A stretch of 45,537 bases of DNA from a candidate division WOR-3 bacterium (GTDB taxonomy: Bacteria > Hydrothermota > Tepidihabitantia > SM23-42 > JAOAFX01). Location of the stretch: assembly GCA_026416055.1 (NCBI GenBank), contig JAOAFX010000006.1, positions 1 to 45,537 of the forward strand, read 5' to 3'. This document shows positions 18,925 to 27,519 of this stretch, in pieces. The first letter of the stretch is position 1. Every line of letters begins with the position of its first letter. The translations under genes and the position numbers were made by a program. Under the pieces are notes generated by a model, which worked only from the letters and a program-made list of their open reading frames with translations, was not told where the DNA came from and did no database searches.

Positions 18925-18952
18925 ATTATATTCAGACTCACATACCTGTCAA
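18925..18952 (-). promoter_or_regulatory. Promoter of the 978-aa gene
   Basis: Minus strand TTGACA, 16 bp, TATAAT (both perfect). Confidence 0.8.
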
Positions 18953-19049
18953 GCGGTCCTTCTGCTGACTCCTATCCACTTTTTATGAATTGGAAAATTA
19001 AGAATACCCTTATTAGAACTAACGTATTCTAAAAAATCACTCCAGACAG

Positions 19050-19273
19050 GTAGCCGCAACTTTCGGGTTGCGGAATTATAAAACAGTGCGACAGCAATCC
19101 TGAAAGTAACTTCAGGACAGAACTAATGCCCTACGAAAAAACGCAACAGCAAGTCGGACGAATTTCAAATAATGTGGGCAAGCCTTCAGGTTTGCATTTA
19201 TAAAAATCATGCAAGGCTAAAGCCTTGCCCTACATCAGAAATCATAAAATGCAGGGTAAACCTTCAGGTTTGC
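19050..19273. repeat. BIME-like cluster of four REP-like hairpins
   Basis: 19050-19072 GTAGCCGCAACTTTCGGGTTGCG (+); 19173-19195 TGTGGGCAAGCCTTCAGGTTTGC (+); 19211-19234 reverse TGTAGGGCAAGGCTTTAGCCTTGC; 19250-19273 TGCAGGGTAAACCTTCAGGTTTGC (+). Confidence 0.8.
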
Positions 19274-19363
19274 TTAAAAATAAATTATCCGCTGGGTGAT
19301 GTCATCCTGCGCGAGAAGTAAGGTCCTTCTGATTGCAATTGCTGAGAAGAAAAAACAGAAATC

Positions 19364-19392
19364 TTGATTTTGATGCCACCTGTAGATATAAT
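19364..19392 (+). promoter_or_regulatory. Promoter of pdp, leaderless geometry
   Basis: TTGATT, 17 bp, TATAAT, 5 nt, GTG (19398); no SD. Confidence 0.65.
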
Positions 19393-19397
19393 GATTG

Positions 19398-20696
19398 GTG
19401 GCTTATGAATTTATTGAAATACTCATCAAAAAAAGGAACGGATTAAAATTAAATCCTTCAGAGATTGAATTTCTTGTAAAGGGATATACAGGTGGATCGA
19501 TTCCTGATTATCAGTTCTCAGCATTCTTGATGGCAGTTTATTTCCAAGGCATGGATTTAGAAGAGACGGTCCATCTTACCAGGGCAATGCTTAATTCCGG
19601 TTCATGCCTTGATTTATCAGACATCAAAAAACCCCGTATAGACAAACATTCAACTGGTGGTGTCGGTGACAAAGTCTCTATCGTTCTTGCTCCCCTCGTT
19701 GCGAGTTGTGGTGTCTGCGTGCCCATGATTTCAGGTCGTAGTCTTGGACACACTGGCGGCACCCTCGATAAATTAGAATCTATACCCGGATTCAGAACCG
19801 ATTTGAGTCTAAAGGAATTTAAAAAACAATTAAAAAAGATTGATGCCGGATTCATTGGACAGACTGAAGAGATAGTGCCTGCTGATAAAATGATTTATAG
19901 TCTGCGCGATGTCACTGCTACGGTTGATTCAATACCTTTAATAACTGCGAGTATAATGTCTAAGAAGCTTGCAGAAGACCTGAATGGACTTGTTCTCGAT
20001 GTAAAATTCGGTAATGGTGCCTTCATGGGGGATTATAAAAAAGCAAAGCAACTTGCCTATTTTCTTGTTCAAACAGGGAAGGCTTTTGGAGTAAAAACGG
20101 TAGCAGTACTGACAGACATGAATAACCCACTTGGTGAATACATTGGAAACTCCCTTGAGATTTTAGAAGCAATTGAGACATTGAAAGGAAAGGGACCAAA
20201 AGATTTGATGGAGATTACCCTTACACTTTCCGAGAAGATGCTTGAGATTGCAGGTATAAGCGGGGGCAGAAACCTTTTGATAAAAAAAATAAAAAGTGGT
20301 GAGGCACTTGCGAAGTTTAGAGAGATAATAAAATTTCAGGGCGGGAATACAGATATCATTGATAATTATGAAAAACTTCCTGTAGCAAAAAATAGATTAA
20401 GGTTGCCAGCGCACAGGACTGGTTATATAAAAAAGTTCGATACCTTTAAACTGGGAATGCTGGCTACAAGACTCGGTGCTGGTCGATTAAAGAAAGATGA
20501 CATGATTGATCATGGTTGTGGTTTTAGAATTTACAAAAAAACAGGCGACTTTGTAAAAAAGGGGGAGACGATAATAGAAATTTACTCAGATAACAGACAA
20601 AGGATAGACGCAATTATAAATGAATTACCGTCTGTGCTTTTGTTTGATAAAAGACCCGTACAGAAGGCGCGGTTAGTTAGAGATATTATCCGGTAG
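19398..20696 (+). CDS. pdp: Pyrimidine-nucleoside / thymidine phosphorylase
   Basis: KKRNG, DKHSTGGVGDK, SGRSLGHTGGTLDKLESIPG, LRDVTATV, SIMSKK, LGAGR. Confidence 0.92.
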   Translation: MAYEFIEILIKKRNGLKLNPSEIEFLVKGYTGGSIPDYQFSAFLMAVYFQGMDLEETVHLTRAMLNSGSCLDLSDIKKPRIDKHSTGGVGDKVSIVLAPLVASCGVCVPMISGRSLGHTGGTLDKLESIPGFRTDLSLKEFKKQLKKIDAGFIGQTEEIVPADKMIYSLRDVTATVDSIPLITASIMSKKLAEDLNGLVLDVKFGNGAFMGDYKKAKQLAYFLVQTGKAFGVKTVAVLTDMNNPLGEYIGNSLEILEAIETLKGKGPKDLMEITLTLSEKMLEIAGISGGRNLLIKKIKSGEALAKFREIIKFQGGNTDIIDNYEKLPVAKNRLRLPAHRTGYIKKFDTFKLGMLATRLGAGRLKKDDMIDHGCGFRIYKKTGDFVKKGETIIEIYSDNRQRIDAIINELPSVLLFDKRPVQKARLVRDIIR

Positions 20697-21998
20697 AGGT
20701 TCGCAATTACCCTTATATAAGCTATCAATAAACTTTTCCACAATCTCTGGATCAAATTGTTTGCCCTTAGAGTTCAACAGTTCCTTAATTGCTTCCATCT
20801 TTGTCTTTGCTGGACGATATGGTCTTTCTGATAGCATTGCATCATAGGCATCGGCTACAGCAAGGATTCTCGCTAAAAGTGGAATCTCCTCTGCTTTTAA
20901 TCCGTGTGGATAGCCAGAACCATCGTACCTTTCGTGATGGAAATAGATGATATCGAGTATCTCCTGGAATTCGCTCATCTGACTCAAGATTTCCTTACCG
21001 AGCACTGGGTGCTGGTATATGTAATTCAGTTCCTTTCTGCTCAGGGGCGATTTTTTATTGAGAACACCATCCGGAATACCGATTTTACCTATATCATGTA
21101 ATAGGCATGCCTTTTTCAAGAGTTCTATCTGCTTTTCATCTATATTCAAAACACGCGCAATCCTCACAGCATATTCAGCAACCCTCATGGAGTGTCCAGC
21201 AGTGTATTTATCTTTCGCATCAATCGTCTTGGCAATCAACTGGACGAATTCATTAAAATTCTGATTATTCTTTTTAAGTAGCATCTCTACATTATCAAGA
21301 GACTTTTTGTATTCCTGGACGAGTTGTGTATAACTGGCCAGAATAAAAATTCCAAATGAAATACCGACAGAAAGCATACCGATCGAGAAGGCGTTTCTTA
21401 ATGCCGGGATCAGTGGTTCGCCGTATATCTTACCTGTGTAATCGAATAGCCCTGAAATGATGCATAGACCCAGACCAATCGGCATTATGAATTGGAGTCC
21501 CTTGTTTTTTAGTCTTTTGACAAAAATGATGGTATTGCGGTAAGCGAGTATGCAGATAAGAAATAACAAAGTTGCGATGAACGGATAAAGGCTTCCGAGT
21601 CTGGCAATATACATCTTTTCGTAAATGAGAGGTTCTTGTGTGATGATTGAATCGGTAAAGATGGTCAGAAAACAGGAGATTGAGGTCAATACTGCAGACA
21701 GAACGAGCATCCATCGCTTGATTTCCTCACCGGCAAGGGCGTTTAAGAGCAAGGGTGCAGTTATGAAATATGACCAGAAGCCCAGGTGTTGTAGTTTAAA
21801 AAGCAATACTCCTTTTTGAGGGCTATTATTGAATTCGATGAGTAGCTGGATGAATATCGTAAAGATACCGCTGATGAAAAAGGGGATAGCCCTGCAGAAC
21901 TTTCCGCCATTTTTTACATTCAGGCAGAGATAAATTAGGGCCAGGTTTATGAAAAACAAAAGCACAAACGAGGGTAGAGTAAAAAGGGACGGGGCCAT
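20673..21998 (-). CDS. Membrane HD-GYP phosphodiesterase with N-terminal multi-TM sensor
   Basis: About 7 TM helices; DAKDKYTAGHS.RVA, LLHDIGKIG, HHERYDGSGYP, VADAYDAM..RPYR; start moved to ATG 21998 on promoter position. Confidence 0.9.
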   Translation of the reverse strand: MAPSLFTLPSFVLLFFINLALIYLCLNVKNGGKFCRAIPFFISGIFTIFIQLLIEFNNSPQKGVLLFKLQHLGFWSYFITAPLLLNALAGEEIKRWMLVLSAVLTSISCFLTIFTDSIITQEPLIYEKMYIARLGSLYPFIATLLFLICILAYRNTIIFVKRLKNKGLQFIMPIGLGLCIISGLFDYTGKIYGEPLIPALRNAFSIGMLSVGISFGIFILASYTQLVQEYKKSLDNVEMLLKKNNQNFNEFVQLIAKTIDAKDKYTAGHSMRVAEYAVRIARVLNIDEKQIELLKKACLLHDIGKIGIPDGVLNKKSPLSRKELNYIYQHPVLGKEILSQMSEFQEILDIIYFHHERYDGSGYPHGLKAEEIPLLARILAVADAYDAMLSERPYRPAKTKMEAIKELLNSKGKQFDPEIVEKFIDSLYKGNCEPLPDNISN

Positions 21999-22006
21999 CG
22001 GGCTTA

Positions 22007-22071
22007 AGTCTATCCAAAATAACAGAAATGTCAAGGACCAATATTGACAAAAGGCCAATTTTAAATAAACT
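22007..22071. promoter_or_regulatory. Back-to-back divergent promoters (HD-GYP / lemA)
   Basis: Minus: TTGACA (22034-22029), 16 bp, TAGACT; plus: TTGACA (22044-22049), 16 bp, TAAACT; the -35 boxes are 9 bp apart. Confidence 0.7.
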
Positions 22072-22092
22072 TAATAAAATGGAGGCTATCTA

Positions 22093-22632
22093 ATGATATT
22101 TTTAATAATCATCATAATCCTCGTTATATGGATGATTGCAATATATAACAGTCTGATAACCAAACGCACTAGGGTCGATAATGGATGGGCACAAATTGAT
22201 GTGCAATTGAAAAGAAGGTATGACCTGATTCCCAATCTTGTGGAGACGGTAAAGGGTTATGCGGCACACGAAAAAGAGGTCCTGGAAAAAATCACCGAAT
22301 TGCGGTCAAGGGCGATGGGTGCAACAAGCCCCAGAGAAGCGGCTGAGGCAAATAATATGCTCACTGCCACATTGAAAACATTGTTTGCAGTCGCCGAGAA
22401 TTATCCTCAGTTAAGGGCAAATGAAAATTTCATTCGGCTCCAGGAAGAGTTAACAGCCACCGAAAATAAAATTGCCTTTGCCCGGCAGTTTTACAATGAT
22501 GTCGTGATGGATTATAATGTAACGATTCAAAAATTTCCGCAAACAATAATTGCATCAATCTTTAATTTCAAACCAAGGGATTTCTTTACCGCACCTGCTG
22601 AAGAGCGAGAAGCAGTAAAAGTAAAATTCTAA
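22093..22632 (+). CDS. lemA: LemA family protein
   Basis: TM-YN, WAQIDVQLKRRYDLIPNLVETVKGYA.HE, ENYPQLRAN, ENKIAFARQFYN. Confidence 0.95.
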   Translation: MIFLIIIIILVIWMIAIYNSLITKRTRVDNGWAQIDVQLKRRYDLIPNLVETVKGYAAHEKEVLEKITELRSRAMGATSPREAAEANNMLTATLKTLFAVAENYPQLRANENFIRLQEELTATENKIAFARQFYNDVVMDYNVTIQKFPQTIIASIFNFKPRDFFTAPAEEREAVKVKF

Positions 22633-22633
22633 T

Positions 22634-23536
22634 ATGCCTAAAACACTCTACGACCAGATCGCAGCCAATAAGCGTAAAACATATATCTTCATTTTCATCA
22701 CGAGCATATTTCTCGGACTTCTCGGATATATTGTGGTTCAACTCTTAGACTGGGGGATTGCTGGTTACATATTCTTTGCTCTTTTTATCATTGTCTATAA
22801 TATAGTGCTTTACTACAATTCGGATAAAATTGCACTTGCTGCCACAGGTTCGGTTCCTGCTGATCCTGAAGAATTCAGACAGCTCCACAATGTAGTTGAA
22901 GAAGTTGCAATAGCGGCTGGTGTTCCCAAACCAAAAGTCTATATTACGCCATCACCTGCACCAAATGCCTTTGCAACAGGCAGGAATCCCCAGAATGCTT
23001 CAATAGCCGTCACCACGGGATTGCTTGAGATTATGAACCGGCAGGAATTACAGGGTGTCATTGCCCATGAAATGGCACACATCCGTAATTATGATGTCTT
23101 ACTCATGACCATTGTCGCGACAATTGGTGGATTGATAGTCCTTTTACGGGATTTCTTCCTGAGGAGTTTTATGTTCAGTGGCAGAAAAAAAAGTACCCGG
23201 GGTAGTAGCGGTGGAATCCTGATTCTTATTGGACTTGTACTTGCAATTATCGCGCCAATATTCGTTGCCCTGATAAGAGCAGCGATTTCACGCCAGCGCG
23301 AATACCTTGCCGATGCATCAGGTGCATATATCACGCGTTATCCCCAAGGTCTTGCACAGGCACTGGTAAAGTTGAAGCAATATTATCAACCGATGGCAAG
23401 GGCATCCCAGTCAAATGCCCATCTCTTCATCGCCAGCCCATTTGGAAAAGACCGCTTCAATGTCTCAGACCTTTTTGCCACGCACCCACCGATTGATAAA
23501 AGGATTGAACGGCTCAAAAGTCTTGTTATTTCCTGA
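22634..23536 (+). CDS. htpX: HtpX-like M48 zinc metalloprotease
   Basis: PNAFATGR, HEMAH (HExxH), SRQREYLAD, FATHPP; typical partner of lemA. Confidence 0.92.
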   Translation: MPKTLYDQIAANKRKTYIFIFITSIFLGLLGYIVVQLLDWGIAGYIFFALFIIVYNIVLYYNSDKIALAATGSVPADPEEFRQLHNVVEEVAIAAGVPKPKVYITPSPAPNAFATGRNPQNASIAVTTGLLEIMNRQELQGVIAHEMAHIRNYDVLLMTIVATIGGLIVLLRDFFLRSFMFSGRKKSTRGSSGGILILIGLVLAIIAPIFVALIRAAISRQREYLADASGAYITRYPQGLAQALVKLKQYYQPMARASQSNAHLFIASPFGKDRFNVSDLFATHPPIDKRIERLKSLVIS

Positions 23537-23548
23537 TCGATTTCCACA

Positions 23549-24265
23549 ATGAAAGTGATTTCACTCATCGGATTTATGTTCCTATCACATAACGGGATAG
23601 TTTTTTCTCAAACTTTTCCCCCTGGCGAAAGGTTTGAATATGAAGCACGTTTTGGATTGTTAACCCTGGGTCACATGGTCCTCGAAATTACCGATACTCT
23701 GACCGTTGAAGACGAAAAATGTTATTCCATTACATCACGACTTTGTTCCAATCCTGATTTAAAATTTGCCTTTTCATTATTTGATACATTTAATGTCATT
23801 ACCACGGTGAAGGGATTGCTTCCAGTAGTTTACGAAAAAAGAATCCACGAAGGTAAATACTCAAGTTACCAGAAATTTTATTTTAATCAGGAAAGTCTCT
23901 ATGTTATAACGGGAGATTCTACAAAAATCAATATTTCACAACCGGTGATGGATTTACTCAGTTTCTGGTATTATCTGCGCCTTAACCCCCTTGTTGAAAA
24001 TGATACCATTACACTATATCTCTTTGAAGGAAAAAGGGAGCACAAAATAGAGTGCATAGTTCACAAAAAAGAAGTAATCAGGACTCCGCTCGGCAGATTT
24101 TCAACAATTCGTATCACCCCTAAGACCGCTGGTAAGGGTGTGTTTGGTTCAAGTGGCAGCATGGACATATGGTATACTGATGACCAGAAGCGGTTTCCAG
24201 TCCAGATTAAAACAAAATTAAAATTTGGAACGATCACCTTTAGATTGAAGGGAGTGAAATATTAA
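23549..24265 (+). CDS. DUF3108-like exported protein
   Basis: Signal-like N-terminus, GERFEY, MDLLS..YYLR, IWYTDD..RFPVQI..FGTI pattern. Confidence 0.7.
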   Translation: MKVISLIGFMFLSHNGIVFSQTFPPGERFEYEARFGLLTLGHMVLEITDTLTVEDEKCYSITSRLCSNPDLKFAFSLFDTFNVITTVKGLLPVVYEKRIHEGKYSSYQKFYFNQESLYVITGDSTKINISQPVMDLLSFWYYLRLNPLVENDTITLYLFEGKREHKIECIVHKKEVIRTPLGRFSTIRITPKTAGKGVFGSSGSMDIWYTDDQKRFPVQIKTKLKFGTITFRLKGVKY

Positions 24266-25280
24266 AAGTTTTGCAATAATCCTTGCTGGTGGACAGGGAG
24301 AGAGATTCTGGCCTCTGAGCCAGCCTGAATTCCCAAAGCAATTCATTGGTATATTCAATGGTCAACCCCTCATAAATCAGACAATAGATCGGATTAAAAT
24401 TCGTTTCAAAAAAAATGAAAGGTTCCTTGTTATACCTGAAGAATTAAAAAATATCACCCGAAAGTTTGTTGGAAACGAAAATCTTATCATTGAACCAGCA
24501 CGAAAGAACACCGCTCCTGCGATTTGCCTCGGTGCGATGATACTGAAAGAAAGATACGGAGATGGAGTAATACACATAATGCCGGCTGACCATATTATAA
24601 TGAAAAAAGAGGAGTTCTTAAAATGTCTTAAATACGGTGAAGAGATGGCAAAAGAGGGTTTTCTTGTCACTTATGGCATAGTTCCAAAGCGACCAGAAAC
24701 GGGTTATGGGTATATCAAGATAGGGCATGCAATTAAAAAGAAAGAAGGGCTAACCAGCTACTACGGTGAGAAGTTTACTGAAAAACCTTCCCTCGCCCGG
24801 GCAAATCAATACATCAAGACTAAAAGATACTTGTGGAATAGTGGAATATTTACATATCGGATTACCACAATCCTTGACGAAATAAAAAAATACATCCCTG
24901 AGGTCTATGAAGGCGTTCTCAATTATTTGAAATATGAAAACAAAAGGTATTTTGAAGATATTCCGGCTATATCAATAGACCACGGGGTAATGGAAAAATC
25001 CTGCAAAATATGTGTCGTAAAATCAGACTTTGGCTGGGATGATGTAGGTACCTGGCTTGCGCTTGAGCGATACTTTAAAAAAGACGACCAGAAAAATATT
25101 TCTATAGGAAATGTAGTTACACTTGAGACCAGGGACTCGATCATTTTTTCTGATAACATTCCGGTCAAAGTCTGGGGAGTGAATGGACTTGTAATTGTGG
25201 CAAGTCCGTATGGTATCCTCGTGTGTAAAAAAGAGAAGATACCAGAATTAAAAGTACTCATCTCAAAAAGGAGGTCATAA
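24261..25280 (+). CDS. Mannose-1-phosphate guanylyltransferase (probable ATT start)
   Basis: Frame open from 24258: IKSFAIILAGGQGERFWPLS..PKQF..EPARKNTAPA..PADH..PETGYGYI..FTEKP..WNSG..SIDHGVME..WDDVGTW; the ORF track misses the first 92 codons. Confidence 0.9.
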   Translation: MKSFAIILAGGQGERFWPLSQPEFPKQFIGIFNGQPLINQTIDRIKIRFKKNERFLVIPEELKNITRKFVGNENLIIEPARKNTAPAICLGAMILKERYGDGVIHIMPADHIIMKKEEFLKCLKYGEEMAKEGFLVTYGIVPKRPETGYGYIKIGHAIKKKEGLTSYYGEKFTEKPSLARANQYIKTKRYLWNSGIFTYRITTILDEIKKYIPEVYEGVLNYLKYENKRYFEDIPAISIDHGVMEKSCKICVVKSDFGWDDVGTWLALERYFKKDDQKNISIGNVVTLETRDSIIFSDNIPVKVWGVNGLVIVASPYGILVCKKEKIPELKVLISKRRS

Positions 25281-25900
25281 TGTTAAGGAGATTGTTCATA
25301 TTGGGTCTTATCGTATTCTTTGTTGCCTGCGCTCCTAAAAAAACCACAGTCAAGACTGAAGGGCTGGAAGAGGTCGTAGTCTTTGGTGAAGAGGCAAAAA
25401 ACATCTCTGAGGAACCAGTTTATCCAACTCCTTCGCCACAGCCACCCACTCCTGAATCTGCTCCTGCACCTACCATACCAAAAATTCCCACTCCACCAAA
25501 AGCAGTGGAAGAAGAAATCACACCACTACCAGTAGAACAGATAACCGTAGCACCACCGATAGCAGTGCCACCCCTGCCGGTCGAGGAGCCGGTGACACCC
25601 CCGCCCGCACCTGCTTATACACCTCAACCAGCAACACCAGCTACACCATCAACACCTACTTCGGTATATGGCTTCAGGGTTCAGATTTTTGCGTCTTCTA
25701 CCCAGAAGGGTGCATCTAAGGTCGCTGATGATGCCCGTGGAATTTTCGGTGGCAAAGTGTATATAGAGCATGCACCCCCTTACTACAAAGTCCGGGTTGG
25801 TGATTGCCTTACCAGGGAAGAAGCCGAAGCTCTGAAGAATCTCGCCATCAGCAAAGGCTACAGAAGCGCATTCATTGTAGAAACGATGGTCAATCCTTAA
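25280..25900 (+). CDS. SPOR-domain lipoprotein with Pro-rich linker
   Basis: Lipobox FVAC, long Pro/Thr/Glu linker, GFRVQIFA..YYKVRVGD..GYRSAFIV SPOR domain. Confidence 0.88.
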   Translation: MLRRLFILGLIVFFVACAPKKTTVKTEGLEEVVVFGEEAKNISEEPVYPTPSPQPPTPESAPAPTIPKIPTPPKAVEEEITPLPVEQITVAPPIAVPPLPVEEPVTPPPAPAYTPQPATPATPSTPTSVYGFRVQIFASSTQKGASKVADDARGIFGGKVYIEHAPPYYKVRVGDCLTREEAEALKNLAISKGYRSAFIVETMVNP

Positions 25901-25905
25901 ATAAC

Positions 25906-25932
25906 AACGGGGGTTCAAATCCCCCGTTTTTT
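25906..25932 (+). terminator. Rho-independent terminator
   Basis: AACGGGGG-TTCAAAT-CCCCCGTT followed by a T run, just after the SPOR stop. Confidence 0.85.
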
Positions 25933-25938
25933 CTTAAC

Positions 25939-26529
25939 ATGTTCATAATAGTTTTGGCGACAAGAAACCAGAAGAAAATTGAAGAAATAAACCAAATACT
26001 CAATATCAGGAATGTAGTATTACGTCCCTATCACGAGTATATTGATATTCATATTCCAGAACCCGGAGAAACCCTTCTCGAAAATAGCCTTCTGAAGGCA
26101 GAATTTGTCCATCGGATAACAAAATTGCCTGCCCTTGGTGAAGATTCAGGTTTGTTTGTGGAAGCGCTTAATGGTGCACCTGGAGTTTTATCCGCAAGGT
26201 ATGAAGTTAACGATAAAAAAAGGATTGAAAGGGTACTCAGGGAACTCGGTAATTCTAAAAACAGAAAGGCATGGTTCCGTGCCGTCATTGTTTACTATTA
26301 TGATATCAAAAAGTATGAAGTATTTGAAGGTGAGATTGAAGGAAGGATCGCCTATGAGCCAAGGGGAGAAAGCGGTTTTGGTTATGACCCGATCTTCATT
26401 CCTTTTGGCTATAAAGAAACCTTTGCCGAACTCGGTCCAGTGATTAAAAATAAAATAAGCCACAGGGCAAAGGCATTGAAAAAATTCAAAAAATTTTTTA
26501 TCCGGAATTTCGTAGAAAGACAGAAGTGA
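25939..26529 (+). CDS. rdgB: Non-canonical purine NTP pyrophosphatase (RdgB/HAM1)
   Basis: VLATRNQKK, EDSGL.V.ALNGAPGVLSARY, GFGYDPIF, KNKISHR; start at ATG 25939. Confidence 0.93.
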   Translation: MFIIVLATRNQKKIEEINQILNIRNVVLRPYHEYIDIHIPEPGETLLENSLLKAEFVHRITKLPALGEDSGLFVEALNGAPGVLSARYEVNDKKRIERVLRELGNSKNRKAWFRAVIVYYYDIKKYEVFEGEIEGRIAYEPRGESGFGYDPIFIPFGYKETFAELGPVIKNKISHRAKALKKFKKFFIRNFVERQK

Positions 26530-26540
26530 TATAAAAATTG

Positions 26541-26568
26541 TTGATAAAACAGAAAAATTCATTATAAT
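26541..26568 (+). promoter_or_regulatory. Promoter of holB, leaderless geometry
   Basis: TTGATA, 16 bp, TATAAT, 5 nt, GTG; no SD. Confidence 0.7.
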
Positions 26569-26573
26569 AATCT

Positions 26574-27509
26574 GTGGATTATCTTGACGAAGTAGTTGGT
26601 CAGGAGAGAGCAAAAAGATTTATCCGAAATGCCCTGAAAAAGGGGTATATTTACAATCTCCTTCTAACTGGACCCAGAGGCGTTGGCAAAAGGATGACTG
26701 CATTTGCCCTGGCAAAGATTCTCGGTAGCCCACCTGGTTCATCCAATTGCATACTCATCGCTCCGGTCCCGCCTTTAGATAAAGAGGAAAGGATGTACGA
26801 ATATATAAAAAAATATCTGCCAGGCAATCCAGTGGTAAATATTGAAGACAATTCAAAAATTACGATAGCCCAGATAAGAAAACTTATTGAATGGCTTTTA
26901 CTCATGCCACCTAAGGACAAAAAAAGGGTAGTAATCGTACTTGAAGCCGACCGAATGAATGAAGAGGCAGCAAATGCCTTTCTCAAGACACTGGAGGAGC
27001 CTCCTGTTGATACGGTGTTTATACTCACATCCTCAAGACCTGAATATTTAATTCCAACGATTCGCTCCCGCTGTCGGATTGTAAAATTTGGTTATTTAAG
27101 TGGTGAAGAGATCGAAAATATTACTTTCGGTGAAGATAGTTTCCACCTCGGCAGCCCTGGTGAGATTTTTTCTTTAAAAGAGAATAGTTTATTTGAAGCC
27201 GCAAAGGAAATTTTCAAAAAGACCCCTTTCTCCATGAAATATGCTGCAAAGTTTGCAAAAGAATACAAAAATGAAAATCTCACCAGTCTTTTTTATTGCC
27301 TCTTGTTGCTGTACCGGAGTGTTCTTTATAAACATCTAAACCTGCCTGTTGATAGAGAATTAGAAAAAGAGATTACAAAAAAGGCAGGAAGAGCGAGTGT
27401 GGAAAAAATTTTTGCTGCCACTCTTTTACTAAACGATTGCATAAACTTGCTTCAGTATAATCCGAATCCAACAATTCTTTTGTTTAATACATTTCTGAAT
27501 TTACCATGA
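26574..27509 (+). CDS. holB: DNA polymerase III delta-prime subunit
   Basis: VVGQE, GPRGVGK, EAANAFLKTLEEPP, PTIRSRC. Confidence 0.85.
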   Translation: MDYLDEVVGQERAKRFIRNALKKGYIYNLLLTGPRGVGKRMTAFALAKILGSPPGSSNCILIAPVPPLDKEERMYEYIKKYLPGNPVVNIEDNSKITIAQIRKLIEWLLLMPPKDKKRVVIVLEADRMNEEAANAFLKTLEEPPVDTVFILTSSRPEYLIPTIRSRCRIVKFGYLSGEEIENITFGEDSFHLGSPGEIFSLKENSLFEAAKEIFKKTPFSMKYAAKFAKEYKNENLTSLFYCLLLLYRSVLYKHLNLPVDRELEKEITKKAGRASVEKIFAATLLLNDCINLLQYNPNPTILLFNTFLNLP

Positions 27510-27519
27510 AGACCTATAT

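Noticed and set aside
19050-19273. CRISPR array
   Set aside because: Units alternate in orientation, are degenerate and irregularly spaced, and no cas genes are present
18955-19331. 10-bp direct repeat GGTCCTTCTG (18955-18964, 19322-19331) as a target-site duplication around the REP cluster
   Set aside because: One 10-mer match in ~400 bp is plausible by chance, there are no terminal inverted repeats, and HUH-type elements do not normally make such duplications
25426-25660. Low-complexity CCA/CCT-rich DNA as a tandem repeat
   Set aside because: Explained by the Pro-rich linker of the SPOR lipoprotein
25909-25925. tRNA fragment or phage att site (T-arm-like GGGGGTTCAAATCCCCC)
   Set aside because: No acceptor stem, CCA, D-arm or anticodon arm nearby and no integrase; followed by a U-tract, so called a terminator
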